Assembly: GCA_046861655.1 (NCBI GenBank)
Contig: JBHIAI010000027.1
Span: forward strand, 1-17,708
Direction: 5' to 3'
Length of the DNA stretch: 17,708 nucleotides
Source of the DNA: Fidelibacterota bacterium
GTDB taxonomy: Bacteria > Fidelibacterota > Marinisomatia > Marinisomatales > S15-B10
Position numbers and translations under genes: made by a program. The notes below the pieces were generated by a model. That model saw only the letters and a program-made list of their open reading frames with translations, was not told the DNA's origin and ran no database searches. Shown piece by piece: positions 7,222-14,910 of this stretch (within the stretch, counting starts at the first letter, position 1; the number at the start of each line of letters is the position of its first letter).

Positions 7222-8256
7222 GTGACTTTTCCCGGGTCAAGATCGATAGCGTTCTGGACGGTTTTGTTTCTTCTGGGTGGAGGGTGCAGCGGTCCCAACG
7301 AGTCCTACGGTCCCGTGACTTTTCCCAAGGTAGCGTTTGTGTCCAACAGGGACGGCAATAACGAGATCTATATCATGGAGATGGACGGGGACGATCCCAC
7401 CCGGTATACCTTCAATCAAGGAACCGACTGGAATCCCCGGTTCTCTCCCGACGGGTCGAAATTCCTCTTCCTGAGCTACAGGTTCGACCATCAGGAGATT
7501 CTTTCCATGAATGTGGATTTCACCGATCAAAGGCGACTGACCCATAATTCGTTTCTGGAGCGGAATCCCAAATTTTCCCCGGACGGATCCGCGATCCTGT
7601 TTCAGTCCGTGAGGGAAGACAACTGGGACGTTTACATCATGGATGCGGACGGCGCGAACGAGACCCGGCTGACGGAGAATCCTCACCTCGACGGCTGGTG
7701 GGGCCTTCAGTTCTCGCCGGACGGGTCCAGAATACTGTATCACTCCTCCAGGGAAAAGAATGAGGAGATTTTCCTCATGGATACAGATGGCGGGAATAAG
7801 ATCAACCTGTCCGATCACCCGGGGGCGGACCTTTACGGCAGCTTTTCGCCGGACGGTAAGAGGATTGTTTTTCAGTCGGACAGGGATGGGGACTGGGAAA
7901 TCTACGTGATGAACGCGGATGGGAGCCATCAGACCCGGCTCACGGACAACGTTGAGTCGGATCATTCCCCGGTGTTCTCCCCGGACGGGTCCAAGATTCT
8001 TTTCACCTCGGAACGAGACGGGAATAGCGAGATTTACATGATGAACCTGAACGGCTCAGGACAGACCAATCTCACCAACAGTCCCGCCGAAGACATAGGC
8101 CCGGTGTTCTCCCAGGACGGATCGAGGGTCGTATTCCAGTCCAAACGGGACGGCAACTGGGAGATTTACCTCGTGGATCCCGACGGCACTCATTTGGTGA
8201 ATCTAACCGGGGACCCGTTCGACGACATGGCTCCACAGTTTCAGCCTCAATCCTGA
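7222..8256 (+). CDS. TolB-like beta-propeller lipoprotein (PD40 repeats)
   Basis: Lipobox-like LGGGC and about seven repeats of P.FSPDG..I.F.S.RDGN.EIY.M..DG....LT. Confidence 0.92.
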   Translation: MTFPGSRSIAFWTVLFLLGGGCSGPNESYGPVTFPKVAFVSNRDGNNEIYIMEMDGDDPTRYTFNQGTDWNPRFSPDGSKFLFLSYRFDHQEILSMNVDFTDQRRLTHNSFLERNPKFSPDGSAILFQSVREDNWDVYIMDADGANETRLTENPHLDGWWGLQFSPDGSRILYHSSREKNEEIFLMDTDGGNKINLSDHPGADLYGSFSPDGKRIVFQSDRDGDWEIYVMNADGSHQTRLTDNVESDHSPVFSPDGSKILFTSERDGNSEIYMMNLNGSGQTNLTNSPAEDIGPVFSQDGSRVVFQSKRDGNWEIYLVDPDGTHLVNLTGDPFDDMAPQFQPQS

Positions 8257-8275
8257 GCCGGCTCTGTCCAATAGG

Positions 8276-8304
8276 TTGAATTTTTTTTCTGTTGGGTTTA
8301 TACT
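8276..8304 (+). promoter_or_regulatory. Sigma70 promoter
   Basis: TTGAAT-17 nt-TATACT, followed by a GGGAGG SD-like sequence upstream of ATG 8332. Confidence 0.65.
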
Positions 8305-8331
8305 CCCTGACAGAACCGGGAGGAAAGGGTA

Positions 8332-8592
8332 ATGAAAGAACAACAAGTGGGGATCATCTCCAATTATTACAAGAAGATTTCCGTGGCCGTCGTTGAGCTG
8401 AAAAAAGGGACTCTCGGCACGGGCGACACTGTTCACATTCAGGGCCATACCACCGATTTCACCCAGGCAGTGGAATCCATGCAGATCGAGCATGAATCGG
8501 TTTCCGGGGCAAAAACCGGTGACAGTATAGGGTTAAAGGTAGGGCACAGGGTGAGAAAGGGAGATAAGGTCTACAAAGTATCGGAGGATTGA
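8332..8592 (+). CDS. Small 'translation elongation factor-like' / peptidase U32 C-terminal-like beta-barrel protein
   Basis: VG.I.NYY.KISVAVVEL..GTL..GDTVHI.GHTTDFTQ.VESMQIEH..V..AK.GD.IGLKV..RVR.GDKVYKV pattern. Confidence 0.85.
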   Translation: MKEQQVGIISNYYKKISVAVVELKKGTLGTGDTVHIQGHTTDFTQAVESMQIEHESVSGAKTGDSIGLKVGHRVRKGDKVYKVSED

Positions 8593-8608
8593 GGGACTTG
8601 TTCCCGGG

Positions 8609-9607
8609 CTAAGAGGGTCCCAGGGTGACCATTACCGGGAGGTGATCGGAATAGCCGCCCAGAAGGCTGTCCCCCGCCCAGAACCGGAACGGGTATCCTT
8701 CGAAAGGCCCTTCCTTCTGGCGGAGTTCGGGTCTGTCCACGATTCGAACGCTCTCTGGCTTCAGGGTCAGTCCTGTTGAATCGAGAAGTCCTGGACTGGC
8801 GATTATCTGGTCATAAATCAGATCTTTCGCCTCCCACACGATGGTCCCTTTGCCCGGTTCGTTAAGGAAGGGACCCATAAGGTTAAACAGGGAGGCTTTC
8901 CCCACCGAAACGGAATCCCGGATCAGGCTACACCCAAGGTGAGTGGAGACCGATGGCGCGTCCGGCTGGTCATTGAAGTCTCCCAGGATGATGATGTCCG
9001 CGCCGGGATCGTTTTCAAGAAGCCGGTCGACCTCGCTCCTCAGGGTTCTTGCCGCCATGGCCCGGAGAGGATTGGTCTTTTCGGTGCCGTCCCAGTGGGA
9101 GGGCCAGTGGTTGACGTAGATGTGAAGTTCCCCTCCGGAGGTTTTCCCCCGGGCGTACAGAATGTCCCGGGTGGGCCGGGCTTCCTTGAGATCCACGGGA
9201 ATGGCCCTCGATTCTGCCAGGCGGAAGCGGGTGGGATCGTAAAGAAGAGCCACATCGATCCCTCTCACATCGGGGGATTCATAGTGGATAATCCTGTAGT
9301 CGCGACCGCCGTACCGGTGGCTGAGCATCTCGACCATCCGGCGATTCTCCACCTCCGCCAGGCCCAGGATATCGGCGTCCATGAGTGAAAGAACATGAGC
9401 CAGGTTGCCGAGTTTAAGGTCGAGGATGTCCCGCGTGACCCCCTTGCGTCCTCCGGGGGTAAATTCTTCGTCCTGCGTGGCGGGGTCGTCCTGTAGATCA
9501 AACAGGTTCTCAACGTTCCAGAAGCCGACAGACAGGGGTTGGGGTTTCGGGACGCATCCCGCTAAAAGAAGAGGGGCAAGCAAACCAACCGCGATTCCCC
9601 TGTTCAT
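8609..9607 (-). CDS. Endonuclease/exonuclease/phosphatase (EEP) family lipoprotein
   Basis: Probable start ATG 9607 with lipobox LLAGC. Motifs: WNVENLFD, LAEVEN, D.RGIDVALLY, VNHWPS, GDFND, YDQI, GYSDHLPV. Confidence 0.92.
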   Translation of the reverse strand: MNRGIAVGLLAPLLLAGCVPKPQPLSVGFWNVENLFDLQDDPATQDEEFTPGGRKGVTRDILDLKLGNLAHVLSLMDADILGLAEVENRRMVEMLSHRYGGRDYRIIHYESPDVRGIDVALLYDPTRFRLAESRAIPVDLKEARPTRDILYARGKTSGGELHIYVNHWPSHWDGTEKTNPLRAMAARTLRSEVDRLLENDPGADIIILGDFNDQPDAPSVSTHLGCSLIRDSVSVGKASLFNLMGPFLNEPGKGTIVWEAKDLIYDQIIASPGLLDSTGLTLKPESVRIVDRPELRQKEGPFEGYPFRFWAGDSLLGGYSDHLPVMVTLGPS

Positions 9608-9724
9608 GACGGCCGGGCTCACAGCGGGACAAGAATGAAATATCTTCCCGGACACATGTGGAATTTACTCTTTAACGGTTGAGAACACATGTGTAAACTT
9701 CTGCTTCTGCAGGAAAGGGAACGT

Positions 9725-10384
9725 GTGAAATACGGCCATATCATCTGGGACTGGAACGGCACCCTTCTGAATGATGCCTGGTTGTGCGTGGATGTCATGA
9801 ACGGCGTTCTCGCCAGACGGGGTATGTCTCCCCTGACCCTGGAGAGATACCAGGAAGTGTTCGGATTTCCCGTGATCGAATACTACCGCCGCCTTGGGTT
9901 TGACTTTGATGCGGAACCCTTTGAAGTATCGGGCACGGAATTCATCGTGGAATACGAAAAACGGCGCCACGAGGCCGGGCTCCGGCCCGGTGCCAGGGAA
10001 ACGCTCCAGGCCATTCACGAACTGGGCATTCCCCAGTCCCTCCTTTCCGCTTATGAGCAGGGGACTCTGGACGAGCTCACCGAGAGCCTGGGAGTGAAGA
10101 ACTTCTTCCGGGCCATCGTGGGTCTGGATAACCATTACGCCCACAGCAAGGTGGAGGCAGCCTGGCGCCTTCTCGGGAAGATCGGGCAGGATTCTCCGCG
10201 CCGCCCGTCACGGGGGAACGGACTTCTTCTTGTGGGGGACACGGAACACGATCAGGAAGTGGGAACCGCCATCGGGGCAGAGTGTGTTCTCGTCCCCGGA
10301 GAGCATCAGTCTGTGGCCAGGCTTCAGAGGTTGGGAGTACCGGTGCTGGATTCGGTGAATGAAGTGGTGAGCCTGGTGAAGTGA
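9725..10384 (+). CDS. HAD-superfamily hydrolase (phosphoglycolate phosphatase-like)
   Basis: Motif I variant WDWNGTL, motif II LLSA, motif III K, motif IV VGDTEHD. Probable GTG start at 9725 after AGGAAAGGG. Confidence 0.9.
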   Translation: MKYGHIIWDWNGTLLNDAWLCVDVMNGVLARRGMSPLTLERYQEVFGFPVIEYYRRLGFDFDAEPFEVSGTEFIVEYEKRRHEAGLRPGARETLQAIHELGIPQSLLSAYEQGTLDELTESLGVKNFFRAIVGLDNHYAHSKVEAAWRLLGKIGQDSPRRPSRGNGLLLVGDTEHDQEVGTAIGAECVLVPGEHQSVARLQRLGVPVLDSVNEVVSLVK

Positions 10385-10405
10385 TGTCCTGAGCTTGGCG
10401 AAGGG
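10385..10405 (-). repeat. REP-like 21-nt element (minus strand CCCTTCGCCAAGCTCAGGACA)
   Basis: Fills the whole HAD-csp intergenic gap and is similar to CCCTTCGGCTTGGCTCAGGGCA at 2898-2919. Confidence 0.65.
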
Positions 10406-10608
10406 TGAAATGGGGAAGAGTCAAAGAGTACGACCCTGAAAGGGGTTTCGGATTCATAACCGGGGACGACGGGGATGTTTACTTCGTTCATGTGAGCGGA
10501 CTGAGAGTGCATCTGAAGAAGGAAGGACTGCGGAAGGGCCAAAGAGTAAGGTTCGACGTCATGTTTGATGTAAAGGGGGACCGGGCGGTTAATGTGACCC
10601 TGGAATAG
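10405..10608 (+). CDS. Cold-shock domain protein
   Basis: G.VK.Y...RGFGFI (RNP1), YFVHVSGL (RNP2-like), L.KGQRV.F..., G.RAVNV; 67 aa. Confidence 0.92.
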   Translation: MKWGRVKEYDPERGFGFITGDDGDVYFVHVSGLRVHLKKEGLRKGQRVRFDVMFDVKGDRAVNVTLE

Positions 10609-10630
10609 CCTTCCAGTCCCTCTCCCATGT

Positions 10631-11734
10631 ATGTTCCGCTATGTTTGCAGCCAGTGCCGGAAGGAGCACTCCCTCCATCCCGCCATCTGGCACTGTTCCT
10701 GTGGTGGTCTCCTTGATCTGGATACCGCTGTTCAGCTTTCCGTAGAAAGGGTGAAATCCCGGGGTCCCACCCTGTGGAGATACCGGGAAGCCATCTCCCT
10801 TGACGATGACGGCAACAGGGTAACCTTTGATGAGGGGTTTACCCCTCTTGTTCAGGCCAGGCTCGGGGGCAGGGAAGTGTTCCTTAAACTGGAATACCTG
10901 TTTCCTTCCGGCTCCTTCAAGGATCGTGGTACCACCGTTCTCATCAGCAAACTGAAGGAACTGGGCATCACCTCAGTGGTGGGGGACTCCTCCGGGAATG
11001 CCGGCCTGTCGCTGGCCATGTACGGGGCCAGGGGGGGACTGGAGTGCGAGATCTATGTTCCCTCGTGGGCGTCATCCAGGATTCTGGAGCGGATCGAGGG
11101 GATGGGAGCCTGTGTGATCAGGGTGGAAGGGTCCCGCACGGAAGCGGAAAGGGCCGCCCAGAAAGAAAGCCTTCCCGGAGGTCCATCTTCGACGAAGCTG
11201 TATGCCGGTCACAACTGGCACCCCTTTTTCCTGGAGGGAACCAAGACCTTTGCTTACGAGGTGGCGGAGCAGCTTGACTGGACCTGTCCGGATGTTATCG
11301 TATTCCCCGTTGGGAACGGATCCTTGCTTTTGGGTGCCTACCGGGGATTCAAGGATCTCATGCGGTTGGGACTGGTGAACAGGATGCCAAGGCTGGTGGG
11401 GATTCAGCCACAAAGGTGTGCTCCCATTGTGAGGGCGTTTCAGGATAATCTGGACAGGATCGAAGTCCTCCCCTGCGGGAGGGAGACGGTGGCGAAAGGG
11501 ACCCGCCTGCCCGATCCGCCCAGGGGGAAGTGGGTGCTGGAGGCTGTGAGGGACTCAGGCGGTACCCTTCTGTCCGTTTCGGAGGAGGAGATTGTGGATT
11601 CCCTCAGGAAAGTTCGCCGGCTGGGCTATCTCATCGAGCCCACGTCCGCCGTGGCCACAGCAGGATTCGAAAAATATTCACCCGCATCACCGGACGAAAC
11701 GGTTGTCCTGCCCCTGACAGGATGGGGAGGTTAG
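10631..11734 (+). CDS. thrC: Threonine synthase-like PLP-dependent enzyme (fold type II)
   Basis: N-terminal CxxC...CxCGG ribbon, EGFTPL, PSGSFKDRG (PLP lysine), DSSGNAG, PVGNGSL, EPTSA. Substrate is uncertain. Confidence 0.85.
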   Translation: MFRYVCSQCRKEHSLHPAIWHCSCGGLLDLDTAVQLSVERVKSRGPTLWRYREAISLDDDGNRVTFDEGFTPLVQARLGGREVFLKLEYLFPSGSFKDRGTTVLISKLKELGITSVVGDSSGNAGLSLAMYGARGGLECEIYVPSWASSRILERIEGMGACVIRVEGSRTEAERAAQKESLPGGPSSTKLYAGHNWHPFFLEGTKTFAYEVAEQLDWTCPDVIVFPVGNGSLLLGAYRGFKDLMRLGLVNRMPRLVGIQPQRCAPIVRAFQDNLDRIEVLPCGRETVAKGTRLPDPPRGKWVLEAVRDSGGTLLSVSEEEIVDSLRKVRRLGYLIEPTSAVATAGFEKYSPASPDETVVLPLTGWGG

Positions 11735-11735
11735 C

Positions 11736-12254
11736 GTGCAGAATCGAATCGATATTATCCAGGGGGATATCACAATACAGTCGGTGGATGCCATCGTGAA
11801 CGCGGCCAACCAGACCCTTCTGGGTGGAGGGGGCGTGGACGGAGCCATTCACCGGGCGGCGGGACCCCGGTTGAAACAAGAGTGCGAGACTCTTGGTGGT
11901 TGCGAAACGGGAAGGGCCAAAATCACCCTGGGATACGACCTTCCGGCCAAATGGGTTGTCCACGCCGTGGGTCCCGTATGGTACGGGGGCGATAGAGGGG
12001 AGGACGAACTGCTGGCCAGTTGCTACCGGGGTTGTTTCCAGCTAGCCGGTGATCTCGGAATTGAGTCCATGTCTTTTCCGGCCATCAGCACGGGTGCTTA
12101 CGGATTTCCTGTGGAACGGGCCACCCGTATTGCCCTGAAGGAGACGTTCCGCTACCTGGAAACCCACCCCACTCCGGAGAAGGTAACTTTCGTCTGTTTT
12201 TCCCCTGAGGTGTTTGAAACGTACCGCAGCGTCTTCCAGGAAATGGTGGGGTAA
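11736..12254 (+). CDS. ymdB: Macrodomain O-acetyl-ADP-ribose deacetylase / ADP-ribosylhydrolase
   Basis: GDIT, AIVNAAN..LLGGGGVDGAIHRAAG, HAVGP and FPAISTGAYGFP motifs. Confidence 0.95.
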   Translation: MQNRIDIIQGDITIQSVDAIVNAANQTLLGGGGVDGAIHRAAGPRLKQECETLGGCETGRAKITLGYDLPAKWVVHAVGPVWYGGDRGEDELLASCYRGCFQLAGDLGIESMSFPAISTGAYGFPVERATRIALKETFRYLETHPTPEKVTFVCFSPEVFETYRSVFQEMVG

Positions 12255-12278
12255 CTCCCAGGTGAGGGCCACTTCTGT

Positions 12279-12307
12279 TTGTTCCCCTAAATCAGAGACT
12301 GTAAATT
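12279..12307 (+). promoter_or_regulatory. Candidate stable-RNA promoter
   Basis: TTGTTC-17 nt-TAAATT followed by a GC-rich discriminator-like CTGCCGC, directly before the tRNA-Glu-like copy at 12319. Confidence 0.5.
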
Positions 12308-12318
12308 CTGCCGCTGCT

Positions 12319-12371
12319 GGCCCCTTCGTCTAGTGGTTAGGACTTCCCGATTTTGATCGGGACAACAGGGG
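12319..12371 (+). pseudogene. Truncated tRNA-Glu copy with its anticodon arm replaced by the palindrome TCCCGAT-TTTG-ATCGGGA
   Basis: The first 27 nt match tRNA-Glu 12417-12443 at 26/27 positions, and CAACAGGGG is shared after the arm. The T-loop and 3' acceptor strand are absent. Confidence 0.85.
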
Positions 12372-12416
12372 GGCAGACACAGTTCTTTGATCTGAGTGTA
12401 CCGGAGCCAACTATTT

Positions 12417-12488
12417 GGCCCCTTCGTCTAGCGGTTAGGACTTCAGGTTTTCGACCTGGCAACAGGGGTTCGACTCCCCTAGGGGTCA
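12417..12488 (+). tRNA. tRNA-Glu (TTC)
   Basis: Acceptor GGCCCCT/AGGGGTC; D arm GTC..GAC; anticodon stem TCAGG/CCTGG with loop TT-TTC-GA; T arm AGGGG-TTCGACT-CCCCT. CCA is not encoded. Confidence 0.93.
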
Positions 12489-12553
12489 CTCCTCCAAGGC
12501 ACTGTGTTCCTCGCGACGGTAGTCTTTTGTTCTGGACGGGGGATATAATCAAT

Positions 12554-13393
12554 ATGAAGAAGGTGTTGTCCAGTCTGGCCATCGCAGGATTCATCACAGC
12601 CTGTTATGAAGACGCTCCCGTCTATTTCAACCGACCCCTTGGCAGACCCGCCGGTGGCTTCGACGAATCTTTCAAGGGAGTGTACTTCGACCTGGATGGT
12701 GTGACCCAGGATTGGCTGGACGGGTTGGGTGAGACAATCGAATCCCAGGGGGATTCGGCTGTGATTGGGGAGTTTCTGGAGACACTCGGATTCGGAGAGC
12801 AAGAAAAAGACACTGTTTCCGTTTCCGGGACGGAGTTCCGTCAGGGGAGAACCTCACGCCAGAGAACTGAAACCAGTGCCGGAGACGCAACCGAGGACTC
12901 CCTGGTCATGAGTTTCAATCAAAGTGTCAGTCAGATCATCTCAGATGCAGCATCCTCATCCAGACAGGATGCCAAGTACTATGCTTATGTGTTTGGCCGG
13001 ACCGGACTTCAATTATTCACCGTGGATTCAACGGACATCATTCGTTCAAATCCATTGATACAGCTGTCGGATACCGTCCAACTTACCACCTACGCTGACC
13101 GGTATTTCCTGAACTTTCGCACTCCCCTGGGTTGGGAAATCATTCAGGTCAAACAGGTTACTGGTGACATCGTGGCCTTTCAAGCCATCACGGCATCCGT
13201 CTCAACAGATCCAAGTCCGAAAGACCTGAAAGCTCTGGAGGCCTCCGTCACCAACACGTACAGGAACTTAAGGGCCATCGTGGATGACGACGGTCATGTC
13301 GTAGGATTCCGGGCGAGACTCAGAAACAGGCAGGTGATCGAAACATTCGACTCGAAGGAAGGGGCCTGGCTAAGGCTGATCAGAATCTTCTGA
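12554..13393 (+). CDS. Hypothetical lipoprotein
   Basis: The real start is probably ATG 12554 (MKKVLSSLAIAGFITAC, lipobox ITAC). The ORF-track extension to 12353 runs through the tRNA and is spurious. Confidence 0.8.
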   Translation: MKKVLSSLAIAGFITACYEDAPVYFNRPLGRPAGGFDESFKGVYFDLDGVTQDWLDGLGETIESQGDSAVIGEFLETLGFGEQEKDTVSVSGTEFRQGRTSRQRTETSAGDATEDSLVMSFNQSVSQIISDAASSSRQDAKYYAYVFGRTGLQLFTVDSTDIIRSNPLIQLSDTVQLTTYADRYFLNFRTPLGWEIIQVKQVTGDIVAFQAITASVSTDPSPKDLKALEASVTNTYRNLRAIVDDDGHVVGFRARLRNRQVIETFDSKEGAWLRLIRIF

Positions 13394-13447
13394 GTACGAA
13401 GTGCTCTTCCCCCGGACCGGTACAGGGAGGCAGAGAGTTCCTTGACT

Positions 13448-13495
13448 GATATCCCCCGGTATTTCCGGCGGGCAGCCGGAGGGGATATCTGTTTT
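13448..13495 (+). terminator. Intergenic inverted repeat, possible terminator
   Basis: GATATCCCC (13448-13456) and GGGGATATC (13481-13489) form perfect 9-bp arms with an inner CCGG pairing, followed by TGTTTT. Confidence 0.45.
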
Positions 13496-13506
13496 CGGAA
13501 ATCATA

Positions 13507-13535
13507 TTGCGTGGTTTTCCCTCTGACAGTATACT
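13507..13535 (+). promoter_or_regulatory. Candidate sigma70 promoter giving a very short leader
   Basis: TTGCGT-17 nt-TATACT ends 10 nt before ATG 13546. Confidence 0.5.
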
Positions 13536-13545
13536 GGGAAGAAAC

Positions 13546-13935
13546 ATGAGTCTGATTAAGGCCACAGTGGTGCTGAGTGTCGTAGGGTGGATGGCCTGTT
13601 CATCCACAAGGGAAGGGGTAACCGGAGGGAGTTTCTATTCTGCCAACTATATCCATCCGGAAGAAATCAGAAAAAGCGGTGCCACCAATGCTTTTGATCT
13701 GATTAAGCAGCTTCGTCCCCTATGGGTATCTGGCCGGGGGGCAACTTCCGTTCTCGGACCTGGGGGGCTAACCTATCCAGCGGTATACGTCAACGGGATG
13801 CTGTACGGAGATATCACTTCCCTGAGGTCTATCACAACGGAGGCTATCAAGGAAATCGAGTTCCTCAACCCCAGGGACGCGGTGGGACTAGGCATGCAGT
13901 ACCCCAATGGCGCCATTTTCATAACATTATTGTAG
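13546..13935 (+). CDS. Stand-alone TonB-dependent receptor plug-like domain lipoprotein
   Basis: Signal peptide and lipobox (WMAC). The pattern I..EEI..SGATNAFDLIKQLRP...PAVYVNG...L.SI....IKEIEFL...A......GAI.IT is typical of TBDR plug domains. No barrel follows. Confidence 0.8.
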   Translation: MSLIKATVVLSVVGWMACSSTREGVTGGSFYSANYIHPEEIRKSGATNAFDLIKQLRPLWVSGRGATSVLGPGGLTYPAVYVNGMLYGDITSLRSITTEAIKEIEFLNPRDAVGLGMQYPNGAIFITLL

Positions 13936-13963
13936 GATCCCTGCAGGACTCGACGACTCTCTT

Positions 13964-14908
13964 TTGGCCATCCTGATCACAGGCTCTTCCGGATACCTGG
14001 GCACCGAACTGTGCAGAAGGTTTGAGCGCGAATCGTCGGTGGAACAGGTGATAGGGGTGGACCTGGTACCTCCCAGGGAATCCTTCTCCAAATTGACCTT
14101 TTATGAGAAAGATTGTACGGGTGATCTTTCGTCAATTTTTCAAACCCGTCCCGTTGATATCCTCATTCACCTGGTCTTCATTCTGGATCCCATCCACGAT
14201 TCCCAGAAAATGCTCAGGGTTAACCTGGGGAGTCTGGAAAACGTCCTAAGCCAGGTGAAAACCTCCGGGACCAGGCGGGTTGTGGTGACCAGTTCCTACA
14301 CGGCGTATGGGGCTCATGCGGACAATCCGCCGCTCCTGAAGGAAGACCATCCCCTCCGGGGCAACGAAGATTTCCAGTACGCCCGGGACAAGACTCTGGT
14401 AGAGGAAAAGCTTCGAAGGTTTGGCGAGAACAATCCCGGGGTGGAGATGATTGTGGTCCGGCCCGCTGTCGTGGTGGGGGCTCACATGGGCAATTTCATA
14501 TCCCGGTACATATCCAAGAGATGGGTCCCGGTGGTTAAGGATTCCGGGACTGAAATTCAATTCCTCCATGAGGAGGATGCGGCAGAAGCCCTTTTCCGGC
14601 TTTCCATGGAGGCTCCTCCCGGGGCCTACAATGTGGGTCCGCCGGACACCCTTCATCCCTCGGAGGTCGCGAGGATCATGGGAGGCGGGACTCTGGCACT
14701 GCGTCCGGGGCTCTTAAGGGCTCTCACCGGGTTCGGCTGGACTTTCCGGCTCAGGTTTCTGTCTGAGACTCCCAAATCCATGATTGATTTCATTCAGTAC
14801 CCGTGCGTGGTTGACGGGACCAAGATCGAACGGGAAACGGGGTTCCGGTACCGGTATTCCAGCAGAGAGGCCGTTGAGGCTCTGGCCGGACGCAAGAATT
14901 CAGGTTAG
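13964..14908 (+). CDS. NAD-dependent epimerase/dehydratase (extended SDR)
   Basis: ITGSSGYLG Rossmann motif, VN..S..NVL, TSS.TAYG, YARDK (YxxxK), QFLHEED.A.A; TTG start. Confidence 0.9.
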   Translation: MAILITGSSGYLGTELCRRFERESSVEQVIGVDLVPPRESFSKLTFYEKDCTGDLSSIFQTRPVDILIHLVFILDPIHDSQKMLRVNLGSLENVLSQVKTSGTRRVVVTSSYTAYGAHADNPPLLKEDHPLRGNEDFQYARDKTLVEEKLRRFGENNPGVEMIVVRPAVVVGAHMGNFISRYISKRWVPVVKDSGTEIQFLHEEDAAEALFRLSMEAPPGAYNVGPPDTLHPSEVARIMGGGTLALRPGLLRALTGFGWTFRLRFLSETPKSMIDFIQYPCVVDGTKIERETGFRYRYSSREAVEALAGRKNSG

Positions 14909-14910
14909 GG

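Noticed and set aside
7330..8200. Recurring ~130-nt-spaced DNA motifs (TTCTCNCCGGACGG) as a CRISPR or DNA repeat array
   Set aside because: They are codons of PD40 protein repeats (FSPDG) and vary at synonymous positions.
10384..10404. ATG TCC TGA in frame with csp as selenocysteine or stop-codon readthrough
   Set aside because: The Csp domain is complete from 10405 and no SECIS-like hairpin is evident. The TGA belongs to the repeat element.
12345..12362. Functional tRNA-Gln(TTG) in the first copy
   Set aside because: TTTTGAT resembles a Gln anticodon loop, but it cannot form a 5-bp stem with a 7-nt loop in that register, and the T-loop and 3' acceptor strand are missing.
12449..12455. Reading the intact tRNA as Arg(TCG)
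   Set aside because: The stem register TCAGG/CCTGG centres TTC in the 7-nt loop, and the body is Glu-like.
12353..12553. N-terminal extension of the 346-aa ORF
   Set aside because: It runs through tRNA-Glu, and the signal peptide and lipobox begin at ATG 12554.
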